Part shown: in pieces, positions 26,900 through 39,201 of the stretch
How positions within the stretch are numbered: position 1 is the stretch's first letter
Layout: the number at the start of each line of letters is the position of its first letter
Assembly (NCBI RefSeq): GCF_037042905.1
Contig: NC_087250.1
Location: 14,014,001 to 14,078,000 of the forward strand
Direction of reading: 5' to 3'
DNA: 64,000 bases
Origin: Lytechinus pictus
Taxonomy: Eukaryota
The notes under the pieces: model-generated
Seen by the model: only the letters and a program-made list of their open reading frames with translations
Told to the model about the DNA's origin: nothing
Database searches by the model: none
Position numbers and translations under genes: made by a program

Positions 26900-28150
26900 C
26901 TAGTCTAGCTCTCACTCGACCGAGATGGGGAGAGTAGGATTAGTGGCAACGGAAATGATAAATGTATAAAAGGAAGCTTTTGACAGAGCGCGACGGCCTC
27001 CCCGTGAGAGCGGTGGGCGCGGGCCTCGTATGTTGGCCTCTCAGAAACAGCCTTAAAATCCCTCATGAGCTGGGTACCCTGAGGCAGAAGTATGCCTGGG
27101 CAGAAAGGAGGGATTCTTCCTCTCCATCTGCGGGGCCACTCTTGGGGTAGATGTGAGGGAGGTTCTGCTGGAGGAGCTCAATGGCTTCCTGTGCGGGCTG
27201 GCGGAGGGCAAGAGCCGTATAGCCACACGAGTCTGAAAATGGTAACATAACCAGTACAGCACCGTTAATAATTCACGGGCAGACTCGGGAGTCAGACGAC
27301 AGACTGGGGACGACAACCCTACGTGTGTCGGTAGCATCTGCGTATTAGCGGGGGGTTCCCGTAGAGATGAGTGTGCTGCCGATTCGTGACTAATCGCTGG
27401 AGACTCCCCGTGGAGCGAGATGACAGGCGTCAGCTCGATCCGCTCGGAGCACGGAGACACCAGCGCGATGGCCGAAAGCTGATTGGAGCATGGGGAAATA
27501 AACATGCATCACTCGAAGGTGTTCTGGGGCAACATACAAAGTTGCGACACCTAACGAGATAACGGGGCTAAATTACGAGCTTAGATTCCCTCTTCTTGTC
27601 CTTCTTCTTCTGCGTACTCCGCTTGGGGAGTAGAAGAAGGTACAAGAGACTAGGGGAGAGGTTTTCTTTGCGGCGGCAGAGAAGAAACGTCTTCCGAATT
27701 TGACGGGGTCAGATTTATGCGTCAGTCCTACGGGGTCGGACTCATGTGTCTCCCACGACTAGGGGCTGGTAGCCCTTTGCTGATGCTCCCATAGGGAGGC
27801 TGAGAAAGCATCAAGCCTAGTGTCTGCCAAAAAAGAGTCCCGTGCTCTAATCCCGGTCTTGTTATGACCCGATCGCTCTACTAGTTCAACACTTCAGGTC
27901 CCGAGAAGGGATGCTTGGCTATCACTCGGCGGGTGCGTGGCCGCACTCCACGATTCCACCTTCGACCCTTCTTGGGCACGTGGACACACAAATCAACGGC
28001 GCTGCCCTTCTTCTCTTGGGCACGTGGACACGCAAATCCACTTTTCCATCCTTCATCAAGCCCCCTCTGTTTGCCTCATAATGTCCGCCGCTGATTGCGG
28101 GAAACAAACACCAGAAATGCTCTTCCCCAGCGGCAGTCGTGGTATCATCG
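26900..28150 (-). pseudogene. gag-like ORF1 remnant (outer DIRS)
   Basis: AIELLQQNLPHIYPKSGPADGEEESLL matches AQALLEKYLPHIYPPSEHDKEADESLF of the inner gag. Lys-rich tract and LTPS motif are shared. Confidence 0.75.
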
Positions 28151-28761
28151 AGGGATGAGTAGGATTAACGCTCATCTTCTTGAAAGTTCTTAAGTCTGAA
28201 AGAACAAAAAGGGATTGAAACAGAAGAAGGTCCCAGAAAGGAAGATAAAGCTGAAAAGCTAAAACCTAAAGAAGGATTAAGGTGTAAATAAATACGAGCT
28301 GAAAATGTTAATTAACAAGACTTGGCTCCAAAGAACGGAGACCGAAGACAAAGGGCTAGGAAAACCACCTGAGAGTGAAAAACATTTTTCTTAAAGGCGA
28401 ATAGAAGTCGCTAATTATTTAAGCGAGGTACGGTTCCTTAATACTAAGTCTGAAGACAAGAGATTAAGACAGCCACTTGTAAGATTTTTTTTTTATTTAC
28501 ACGAACTAAGTCGATTATGAAAATACTTACCTGATTTTCTTATTTACGAGATAACTGATACATCTACTTGATTTATGCTAGTTCTGCCCTTGAACAAGCC
28601 ATACCCGAATAGTACTTACAAAGATTTTTGCGCGATAGCGCCATCTCCCGTTAGTGCTTACTACCCATAGAACATCGCGCGATGTGCAACCATTTTCCTC
28701 GTACTGCAAGCCTATACGTTGAAACATGTTGCTACGCAAGGCGGATGGTTGGTGGATGGGG

Positions 28762-28860
28762 ATCAAGTAGATGTATCAGTTATCTCGTAAATAAGAAAAT
28801 CAGGTAAGTATTTTCATAATTTACTTCAATAACTGCATACATCTACTTGATTTATGCTAG
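28762..28860. repeat. Internal complementary region (ICR) of inner DIRS
   Basis: 28762-28820 is the reverse complement of 28514-28572, and 28821-28860 is the reverse complement of 35232-35271. Junction CATAATTTACTTC. Confidence 0.95.
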
Positions 28861-28926
28861 ACCAACACGGAATCACCCGTGGGGAGGCATGTTTTCAAAA
28901 GGTAAGCACAAGAAAATTAAGATAAT

Positions 28927-29990
28927 TTAGGGAGATGAAGATACAGCCGTCGCTGCTTTTAGCGCTGAAGAGGCAAACCTTTCCTCGCTGGACGGGATGT
29001 CCTTCAAATAAAAAGCTGTAAAAGAATTGGCAGAGCGCCAAAAGGCGGCTCTCATGATGTCTTCGACTGGGATCCCTTGGAAAAGGGCCCACGAAGTACT
29101 AATACTTCTCGTATCATGGGCCTTCGGCCTGGCTGTATCTGCAAGCCATGCGTCAGCGCCCGCTGAGCTGATGGCTTTAACGATCCATCTAATGATTGTA
29201 TCGCGAGACGCTGCAGAAAACGGCTCGCGAGAAAATACAAACAACTAATCTGATTTCCTGATGGACTTTGTACGATCGATATACCATTTTACCGCTCTCA
29301 CGGGACACCAAATTTTATCCTTAAGAACAGAGGAAAAATTTGACAAAGGTCGCAAGGAAGACTTCGACTGAACCAGAAGACATCGTCTGACTCTTGGCAA
29401 TAAAAGAGGGGGTCGGAATTAACCTAACACCCCGTCTTTCCCAACGAATATGTCCCAGAGAGATACATAGAGCGTGAAGAGAACTCCGCCTCTGCCCCGA
29501 GGCGATAGCTATTAAAAACGCCGTAATAATAGCTAAATTATGGAGAGAAGCCTCTGCTAGAGGCTCAAACAGTGGCTTCGCAAGGGCCCTAAGTAACGCA
29601 GACAAGCTCCACGATGGAGCTAAAGATTTGACTGGCGGACGCTTCAAGAAGAAGGACTCAGTAAACTCGATATGACTGACCAGTTGGATACCGAAGAGCT
29701 GTCCGAGAAACCGCGATGCGTCGCCGCAATCGCGGACCGATAACCCCTGATAGTTGCAATCGCTTTGCCTTTATAGAAAAGGCCAACGAGAAACTCTGCA
29801 ACCGAAGCAGTGCGAGCATCAAGTGAGCGTTGATTGCACCACTCCGAAAAAACACCAATTCTGGAGTTGTATAAACCAAGCGTAGAGTTTCACCTGCTTT
29901 CCGAAACAAACTTAGCTGCCTGATCGGAAAGACCTAGTGCCCGAGCATCCTCCCCGAGAGCGGCCATGCAGTCAAGTGAAGCGACTCCGG
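28927..29990 (-). pseudogene. Tyrosine recombinase (inner DIRS), split over several frames
   Basis: Catalytic motifs GQRRSSLHAL (R), FIAKSQ (K), AHDTRS (HxxR), AAFWRS (W), FTAFYLKD (Y). Confidence 0.92.
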
Positions 29991-31790
29991 CCGCGGATGC
30001 ATTATCGCTGAGAGGGGTTGAGAGACTAAGTTCCGCGTCACTGGAAGAGTGAGAGGATCGCCCCTCACTAGCGCAAGTAGTTGATGGAACCACGACCTCC
30101 TCGGCCACCTGGGCGCTATCAGTAGCACCCAAGCCCCGTCTGCTTTGATTTTGGGGAGAATCTGCGGAATTAGTCAAAAGGAGGAAACGCATAACACCTT
30201 CGATGCCCCCACTGAAGATAGAACGCATCGAGATGAGCTGTCTCTGTCTCGTTACGCGAGAACAAAACACCAGGAGTTTCCGGTTCAGTGCCGTGGCAAG
30301 CAAGTCGATGTCGAGCGGCCCCCAGCGGTGTTGGATCGACTTGAAGACCTGCGGATTGAGTGACCACTCAGAGGGCAGGCAGCACCCCTGAGACAGAAAG
30401 TCGGCAATCAGATTGTCCCTGCCTGGAATGTAAGAGGCAATCGGAACAATCTTCACGGCACGGCACCACCTCCAGAGATCTGCGGCCATCACATCGAGAG
30501 TGGATGACCGCATGCCCCCTTGCTTGTTGATATATGCCGCCACGGACCTGTTGTCCATGCAGACAAGCACCGACCGCCCGACCAACCTGGGCTGGAAGTG
30601 GCGGAGTGAGTTGGACAGCGCTTGCATCTCAAACACATTGATGTGAGGGACACCATCTCCCCCTCACAGTGGCCGCCCCAACCTGAGAGGGAGGCATCGT
30701 TGGTCACCGAGGCAGATGGGAGCGGTGTCCGTAGTGGCTTGCCCCGAGCCACAAATGCTGGGCGAGTCCAGACAGCTAAGCTGTGACGGTTAGGCAGCGG
30801 AAGAGGGATCCGTAAATGCAGCGGGTCTACTACGGGCCTGAAGTGGTGGAGGAGATGCCTCTGGAATGGCCTCATGTAAAGCCGGCAGTCTTGCATTACA
30901 TCGACTAGGCTGGCAATGTAACCCAGCAGCTGAAGCCAGACACGTGACTGCGCCCCCGGAGAGAGCGGGCGAGAGACGTGATCGACCACACCCTGTCTGG
31001 ACTGGGCCACGCGAGCTGGTTCGGGATGTCTATTTCTGCGCCGAGATAAGTGGGAACGCGGGAGGGAGTGAGCTTCGATTTCTCACAATTGACAATGAAC
31101 CCCAGCTCCTGAGTCACCCGTAGAAGTAAGGCGAGATGAGATCGCAACTTCGCCTCCGATAAGAAGCCAGTCGTCTAAGTGGATGAAGAGTCGCAGGCCT
31201 CGGCTACTTAAATGGGCTGCCATAGCGGTGACCATGCGAGTGAACACCCTGGGTGCCGGTCGCAGCCAGAACGGGAGGGCCCGATAACGATATGTTACGC
31301 CGTCGAACCAAGAGCCCAGCAGGTCCCGCGATGCGGGGTGGATGGGTATGTGGAAGTACGCGTCGCGTAAATCCAACGAGACGGCGAGATCCAATGCCTC
31401 CAGTGATGGCAGGATTGTGGCCAGCTTATCCATCCGGAAATGCTCGGCCGGAATGAAGGTGTTGATCACCTTCATATTGAGAATCATTCTCAATTTGCCC
31501 GAGCGCTTGGGAATCACAAAGATAGGGGATAGACAAAGATTGGGGTTTTCTGTCACCCTCTCGATCGCATCCTTTGCGGCTCTCCACCAGTGCGGCTATC
31601 TCGGCCGCGATGTATTGTTGGTGAAGGTAGGAGGCAAGGCCATGCGAATCGTGCCATGCGGGAAGGCTTCTATATTTATAAAGAAGCCGTCTTGTACGAC
31701 GGATAAGATGAATGCCTCTTCCATGATTTCCTCCCACGCGGAGAGGAAATAACGAAGACGCCCGCCTACCGTGCCCAGCGCTCGGGGGCA
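29934..31790 (-). pseudogene. DIRS pol: reverse transcriptase, RNase H and Dam-like methyltransferase, frameshifted
   Basis: VGGRL..W, SPIFVIPKRSGKLRMILN, SLDLRDAYFHIPI, YRALPF, IHLDDWL (RT). TNDASLSGWG, EMQAL, CMDNRS, DNLIADFLS (RNase H). DIDLLAT, CYAFPPF, LIAPRWPRRSWF (MT). Confidence 0.92.
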
Positions 31791-31795
31791 CTCTG

Positions 31796-33758
31796 TCAAA
31801 CAGACTGCTTTGATTTGGGCGGTGCTCTCGGAGCGGGCCGTTTGCCTCTGCCTCTGCCCCTGCCTCCCCGCTGGCCTCGTGCAGACTGTGGGTTGCGAGC
31901 CGATGGTGCGGGAGCCCGGGAACGCCTGCCGGCAACCGTGGAGTGGGGTAGGGGTGCGGACGCCGGGGGAGCCATCGGTCGCGCAGGTCTGAGCTCCTTG
32001 ATGAACTCAGAAGCCTGCTTGCGGCCCTCTATCTCCTCCTTAAAAAAAGAGGCCGCTTCTCCCCCGAAGAGGAACTTTCCTGACTGGGGTATGCCTGGAA
32101 GGAAATTAAAAATGTCCTTCTGCGGGATGCCAAGCTTCGTGAGCACTCTCTCCCGCCGAGCGTTGGATGCCAAGGCTGCGGAATACGACAGCTGCATCCA
32201 CAGCTCACCCACGAAAGACAGCAACGCCTCGTCCAAGACAACGGCGTTGCTGACTGACACCCCCAGCTCCGCTTCCTGAGCTTGAAGGGCCATTAAGGCC
32301 CCGAAATAGGCCGTGAGGCGTAATGACGGGCGCGCTTGTAGCTCGTAACCTGCTTCTTCCTTCTCTAGCGCACAAAACTGCCGGGTAGAGAAGTGGCCCC
32401 CCAGCCTTGCCCCGATGCGGTCGAGTTTGGGGGAGAAGGACTTGGGCGTAAAAAATGCCTCCGTGGCAAATTTAAATTTCTTGCCGAAGGTTTTATGCCT
32501 CTTGTTCCTAGCCGTTGGGGGGCTGGCTAAGGCGGCGGCATTATCGAATGCTGCCTTAAAGTCCTTGGTTAGCTTTATGCCACCCGAGCTCTGCGCTGTC
32601 GGGGCAAAAAACAAGGACTCATCTGCTTCCTTATCATGCTCACTAGGAGGATAGATATGAGGCAGGTATTTCTCCAGTAGCGCCTGAGCGCTCACCGAAG
32701 GGTCGGCGGAGGATTTGGGATCATCCTCGTACTGATCGTCTCCATGAGACTCTTTGCACGACGAGTCTTGCACCACGGCCTGCTCCGGGAGGTTGTCCCA
32801 TCGACAAGTCTCCTCTCCCGGTGGAGCTCCGAGAGCCGCAGGTGCCACGCGGCCTCTCGGCTGGCTCTCGGAGAGACGAGGGTGCTTGTCAACAGCGCAT
32901 GTCGAATCAAACACGCGTTCCTGAGGTACCTGGCTAGCCGGTTCTCGAGCCGGCGATTCAGATTAATCGCTGGAGGATCCCCGGGGTGCTTGGCGGCTAC
33001 TGTCAGCTTGCCTCGCTAGGTGCTCGGGGACACCAGCGGAGGAGACTGACGGCGAGCATGGGGTGTAACCATACTGCTCAAAACCAGATTGGAGCAACGT
33101 GAATAGTTCAGCCATCTTGCCACCAACACAAGCGTCAGAAAGAGGATTGCCCGGGGCACCGGGGCTTACCACCTTCTCTTTCGACCGCTTCTTCTTCTTC
33201 TTCTTTTTTGCGGGCTCCGCCGGCGTGGCCGGAGCAGAAGAAGGTACAAGAGGCACGGGTGATCTTTTACGACTTGCAGACCCTGGCGGGATGGCGACCA
33301 ACAAGGATGCCTCACCCGAATCTGACGGGGTCAGAATGTGTTGCCTCTCACGGTCAGGGGCCGGCAGCCCTTTGCCGAAACTCCCAGTTAAGGAAGATTC
33401 TGACGGCATTGAGCCTGATCTGTGCCAGGCGGAGAGCACCGCACTCTCCTCCCGGACTTTTGGTGACCCGGTAGCCGGTGGATCGATCAGCCCTAGGGAT
33501 AATGATGAGGTCATAGCTGCATCAGACCTCTGGTTTGGTTTAGGCCTGGCGGCCTTGGCTACCACCTACTTTTTCGAAAGGGACCGTGGTCCCTGCCTTC
33601 TTCCTGCCAGCAGTATCTGACCGCAAATTCAGATTACTGCCCATCGAGACCTCATACTCACCGCCACCGCTGGAGACTGCGGAAATCAAGGCGCTTGGTA
33701 TTGGATCGATCCCAGCGGCAGGCGCAAGGTCCTCCGGGGCTGGTTCCGCCCCACTCAT
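31796..33758 (-). pseudogene. gag-like ORF1 (inner DIRS), three frame segments
   Basis: Consecutive ORFs from MSGAEPAP (33758) through 32963-33565 and 31796-32914. LFGGE motif and RG-rich C-terminus lie directly upstream of pol. Confidence 0.8.
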
Positions 33759-36100
33759 CGGGCAACTCTCGTAAACCCTGAAAAAAACAAGAAAACAAGT
33801 TTTTCTTTGGGGGGGAAATAGAAGAAAACTTCTTGTAACCGCCACCAGTCTATGAAACACGTAAAAAGGATACCTGAAAGAAATAACATGCTATACAATA
33901 GGTAAGCTGTGTAAAAAGTTCTGTTTTGGTAAATAGGCAAACATAATTTTTTTTTGCATAAGCTAGAAAACCTGTAAAAACAATTCCTGTGAAGGAAAGG
34001 AAAAACCGGCCCGGCCTAAACGTCCTCTTAAAAGAAAAAAAACCGACATAATTTTTTTTATACTCTGCGCAAAAGAATTTACGCTGAGACAAGAAGGAGG
34101 AACAAATTGAAAGAAACTTGTAACTTCAACTCCTGAAAAAGAGGAACAGAAAATAGAGGAGACCTAAGAAGACAACAGTTTAGGCGTCTACCTGCAAATA
34201 AGAGAAAGGAATCGACAAAGTCGAGAAGTTTCTAATAATTTTTTTTTGAATAATTAATCAAACGATCAATTGAAAACAATCAGAACAAAGAGGCGATTAA
34301 AAAGATTTTAATCAACCAGAAAACAATCGACAAGTGATTGAAGAAGCAGGGAATCAACAAAGAGTGAATAAAAGCTAAAGGAAAATAATTGAAGGCCCCG
34401 CCTGTGAAGTAAAAAAATATGAATAAAAAAAATTCAAAACAGGAAGAAAGAAAATTAGGAATTGATTAAACAATCAAATAAATGATTCTCTAAAATAATC
34501 AACCAAGAAGTGCAACAACAACAATCTGATTTAAAAGCAAGCAGAAAAGAAACTGTCGAGACCAACGGTCCGACAAGAAGCACTTCAAAAAAAAATTAAA
34601 GATCAAAAGAGATCAAGAAAATTAAGATAAAGGTGAAGAAATAAACACCGTAGAAGGTCACCTACAGCTAACAGGCAAAGCTGCGTAACCTAAAAGAAAA
34701 AAAAAATAAATGAATAGAAGAGACGACGTCTGCTACCCAAACCTGTAGAAAGGAAGGAAACAACCGTGGCAGAGAAAGAGGTTTCCCACGTAAACACCGG
34801 CGCCTTGCGCAATCACGCAAACAGCGCGACCCTGACAGTAGGGGGGGGGGGGGACGCCCGCCTACCGTGAGACGTGTGTCAACATATGAATGCACAGACG
34901 AGAAAATCGGATAAGCAATGCAACAAAAACACACGAAAGCCGCGCTGGGTAACAACATATAACAATCTCACACACAATATAGTAATAAGATTGCAAAGGG
35001 GAGATATATGCTTCAAAGATAAGTGAAGAAAATGAACAAAATACAAAAAAATTGAGCGATTTTCGAGAGCACTTATCTGATACGTCCTACCCGTAGGCTT
35101 GCAAAAAGCAAAGAGGAAGATGGTTGCACATCGCGCGATGTTCTATGGGTAGTAAACAATAACGGGAGATGGCGCTATCGCGCAAAAATCTTTGGGAGTA
35201 CTATTCGGGTATGGCTTGTTCAAGGGCTGAACTAGCATAAATCAAGTAGATGTATGCAGTTATTGAAGTAAATAATAATTTTTTTTTTTTTAAGACGAAC
35301 AAAGTGTCGTCAATTAAATAAGCAACACACGGCTTTGGAAGAACAAGTCAAACGACAAAAGAAGTCTACCTGATATTTTTTGAATTAATACCAATTATTG
35401 CTAATTAATCAAAAACAATAGAAGGTCTCCTAAAAACAAAACCCAAAGACAAGAGAATAGGAAGACCATCTGCAAGGAAAAAATCGAGGAAGGCAGAAGT
35501 CCGTCTGTAAAGAGAAGATTCGAAAGACAAGAAAATTAATCACACGGATTAATTGATAATCAGCAAATTATTTAAGAAAATAAAGGCAATAATTAAAAAA
35601 TATAACAATATTGTATAATCAACCTTCAAGAAGAAGAAAAGCTGACCATGAAAGAGAAGCTGTGAATAAAGTAATCACTAATCAAATAAATACTCGGCAA
35701 CGCCCGAACAGCTCCACCTAGCTAAAGGGGAAGTGCATAATTTCAAGACGAGGCATGAAGACAATTCAAAGCAAAGCAAGAATTCAAAAAGGCAGCGTCG
35801 CACATACGGTGAACGCAAAATAGTAACACGAGACCTCCGAGTGTAGAAGCAATGAGCGTCCCGTCTGTATTCAACTGACGAGGGACAAAGCAACACCGGG
35901 AGAAAAATAAGAAGAAAACTATTAGTAAAATTCTCATAAGGTCCCGGAATACGAAAGACAACAAACGTCAAAATCATAATAAAAACCCGTAAGGGTGTGA
36001 TATTGAGCAGACAAAGGGGTTGGAAGCGCAAAAACCGCAAAAAAAAATCGCTAGTTTCAAGAGCACTTAGCTGTACGTCCATTCATGACCGAGGCTTTAA

Positions 36101-36710
36101 AAGGGAACCCATCCTTGGTCATAAATGTTGTGTTGGAAAGAAAAAAAAATAAAAAAGACAGAATGGTGAAAATTTGAAAGAAATCGGACAAGCGATAAGA
36201 GAGTTATGGCTGCTTTACAATTGAGATCACCAAGACTTAGTAGATTTCAAATTGGCAACTGGGTAAGTAAATTATGAAACGGGGTAATATATGCCATGTA
36301 CTTAATTATCAGGGATATCTGGTTTTCTCCTAAGTACCCATTCCCCTGGGGCAGTAATGTACATATAGTATAGTATAAGTAGTATACTGTTTTATGTCCT
36401 CATGAAAGAAAAATATAATTTGAAGTATAACTTTTGAAATAAAAGTATGTATTGGACTATTGGAGTACATGGAAGAATAGCCCTTGTCCATAGAGATATA
36501 TATATCTATGCCCTTGCCTAACATCACTATGACATCGCATATACGGCTAATTTGAAGTCTCCATTGTAAAGTGATTACCAATTGTTACACTTTTTAAAAT
36601 TTCATAACTTTCATATTGTTTGTCCGATATTGTTCAAACTTTCACCTTTCAACTTGTCTGATTTTTCTATTCCCTCTAAAAACAAGTCTTTAGTTGGGTT
36701 GGATTCCCCT
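36101..36710. mobile_element. Kolobok-like MITE inserted in the outer DIRS left ITR
   Basis: TTAA-AAGGGAACCC ... GGATTCCCCT-TTAA. Removing it restores GCTTTAAGTGGAACATTAA, matching the right ITR. Confidence 0.75.
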
Positions 36711-37369
36711 TTAAGTGGAACATTAAAGCATAGAATAAGGCACTCATCCTACGAACGAGGTTATATAGCCAGAATAAGGAGGAGTCTGAGGTTATCGTGG
36801 TAATTATATTCATTTATAAACCTCTCTTTAAGAATGTCGAATAATCCGTTCCTCTGATTGGTCAAAACTGAGGTCATGTAAACGACCATGCCTTCAAAAC
36901 AACAAACTAAGGTGGTAACCAAGGGCAACGGGCATAGTTAACAAGATGTCTGCCCGTTGCCCCCTGACCCGCCCCCTAACGACGGGCATAGCAAAATTTG
37001 GCTGAGATCCCCATTGGATTGCATGCAAAATGTTGCTTTCCGTCTGCGGTGATTGCGTATACCATAAATATCCGCGCGATTTGGTCGAAAGTTTTAGACA
37101 ATTCGCGCATTTACCCGCTTATTGCACAAGTGCGCGCAACGGATATGATATATCGATGGAACGATGCCGATCTTTGACTTTTGTTTTGCTTGTTAATTCC
37201 TGTTAAAATATATGGCATTTATTGAAAAGAAAACTAACTTATTAAGGACATAACGGATGTATCAATCATCAAGTGTTGTCGCAGAGCGCTCAAATGCATG
37301 CTCGCAGTCGCAAAAGGTGAGTCGGGTGAAAAGATTAGTCGGTTACTGCACTTTCTAAGGTTAATATAA

Positions 37370-37830
37370 ATAACGTTACTCGTTACTTAGCCTTACTTAG
37401 GTATGACAAACGACAACGTTATGACGGGTAGATCTAATGTTAATTGTCGTTACTTAGTTAATTTAAAAGTTATTAGATCTAGATCTAACGTTAGGACGTA
37501 GGTTTAGTCGACTAGATCTAACGTTAGATTACACTCTAATGGGGATTTATTTCTGAACGTTAGATCTAGCCTAGACCATATTCAGAATAAGACCCTAATT
37601 AGTAATCTGGCTCCTAAAAATATCTAGATCTAGGCCTAGTAGGGCCTATCGGTATGAACTGCTCGGGAACTCCTTTGATATTCGACTTTGAGACCTAACT
37701 TCAGGGTCAGGGCTAGTTAGGCTAAGTAAGGGCCTAGACCTAAGTCCTAACGTTAGCTTGGGGCCAAGGCCAGGGCTTTTACATCTAGACCTAGACTAGG
37801 CCCTAACGTTAGGCCTAGATCTAATGTTGA
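37370..37830. repeat. Cluster of short palindromes (AGATCTAGATCT, TAACGTTA, TAGGCCTA)
   Basis: Directly visible high density, starting shortly after a splice-donor-like AAG|GTGAGT at ~37317. Confidence 0.6.
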
Positions 37831-39044
37831 ATAATTCGGTTCATAAAATATATATGGACTGCTTTTATATTCGAGACATGGTTGTTTCAATTCGGCTCGC
37901 GGGTACCGCATCGGCCAGACCATGCCCTCGGGCATAGTCGCGTTGCGGTCCCCTTGAGCCTCTAGAAACGACCATGGCATGCCTCTCAAAGCAGTCCATA
38001 TATCTATACCATTCATAATAAATGATCTAAAACCAACTTTGGCATGGCAATTCAAGGCACTTTTCAATCACCTTTGTGTCCTTTTCTCCCAGTAAACCTA
38101 TAGCAAGAATGAGTTAAGGCAATATCATAAGCAGCATACTATTATTGAATGGTAATGAAACTATCACGAGTGATATTAGGTTTGTATTACATACTACTGA
38201 AATCGTCATTAAGTTTTTTCCTTGCTCTAGTTTCTGTTCGGGGTTTATCCTCAGCAGGTCTTTTCATGGGTGTAGCTGGTGCCATTTTGGATTCACGGGA
38301 GCTTCCAGACTGTAATATTGTAAAATGAATTATAAACAAAATTTGATCATTCAATACCGATGAAAGAATTCAATGGTGCAACTATTTTAAAGTGTTATAT
38401 CTAGTCATATTTTTCAAATAATAACTTGAATAAAAGAGTGCATAAAATCACTGATATGACAAATATCTCCATGTCTGTGAAATTAAGTTACGATTCAAGA
38501 AATTAAAACTGTTAGCACATCAGGCAAAGGGAATTCTTAAGACTATATAATTGGCTTAATGGAAAGAGACTGACAGCAACTATATGCCGAGTATAACTTT
38601 AATGCTACAGTACAAATTTAGCTATAAAAAAATTAAATTCATTGTCAGCTTAAAATAAAAGATCAAAAGAAACAAATTAAGTTACGGTGAGAAAAACATA
38701 TTCCAATCAAAATATAACTCAAAAGAAATGAACATAATCTCAAAAATTAGAATTTTTAAAACAAATCTGAGAAGCGCAATAAATGATGCACTTTATTCAA
38801 AATCGATGTCATTTTCAAATTTTGAAGCCGGTAGAGAAAGGTGTACTTAAGCGATGCAAACATTAACATATAAGGGTTCATGTGCTCGTTTTTAAACTAT
38901 AAGCATTTTTGTTGGAGTAAGTGTGCTATGTAGAACACAAAAGTGGCAAAACCACTTATTCAAACTCAGGGTCATGTTCGTCCTACTTTGCATCACTTCA
39001 GAGTAAAGTATTGATAAATTGTGGTGTTTAAGAAAAAAATACAT

Positions 39045-39201
39045 CTGGGGCCCGTTTCATAAATACACTGTTGTAACTTTGCCATTCTGGCAACTACCAT
39101 GGTAACAAGGCTCAGCACCCAATCAACATCAAGGTTATCATGGTAGTTGCCATAGTGGCAAAGTCACAACAGTTGCAACTCTAATATGAAACGGGCCCCA
39201 G
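39045..39201. mobile_element. Short palindromic MITE
   Basis: AT-CTGGGGCCCGTTTCATA ... TATGAAACGGGCCCCAG-AT. Confidence 0.75.

Larger units (their letters stand above)
28514..35272 (-). mobile_element. Full-length DIRS1-type tyrosine-recombinase retrotransposon (inner copy), coding regions frameshifted
   Basis: ITRs ~28558-28714 and ~35094-35255. ICR 28762-28860 is the exact complement of both termini. Order gag, RT, RNase H, methyltransferase, YR. Confidence 0.95.
22561..36804 (-). mobile_element. Old DIRS1-type retrotransposon (outer copy), internally deleted and multiply interrupted
   Basis: ICR 23825-23921 is complementary to both 22561-22624 and 36773-36804. ITR match CCTTATTC(A/T)ATGC(C/T)TTAATGTTCCACTTAA at 22619 versus the reverse complement at 36711-36740. 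YR C-terminus at ~23990-24135, gag remnant at 26900-28150. Confidence 0.7.

Noticed and set aside
31815..33620. Plus-strand ORFs of 154 and 173 aa
   Set aside because: Antisense shadows of the GC-rich gag with no recognisable motifs.
28514..35272. Active autonomous element, or phage integrase / bacterial contamination
   Set aside because: All three genes are frameshifted and the RT motif reads HLDD. The YR and methyltransferase are normal DIRS1 components within an ITR/ICR frame.
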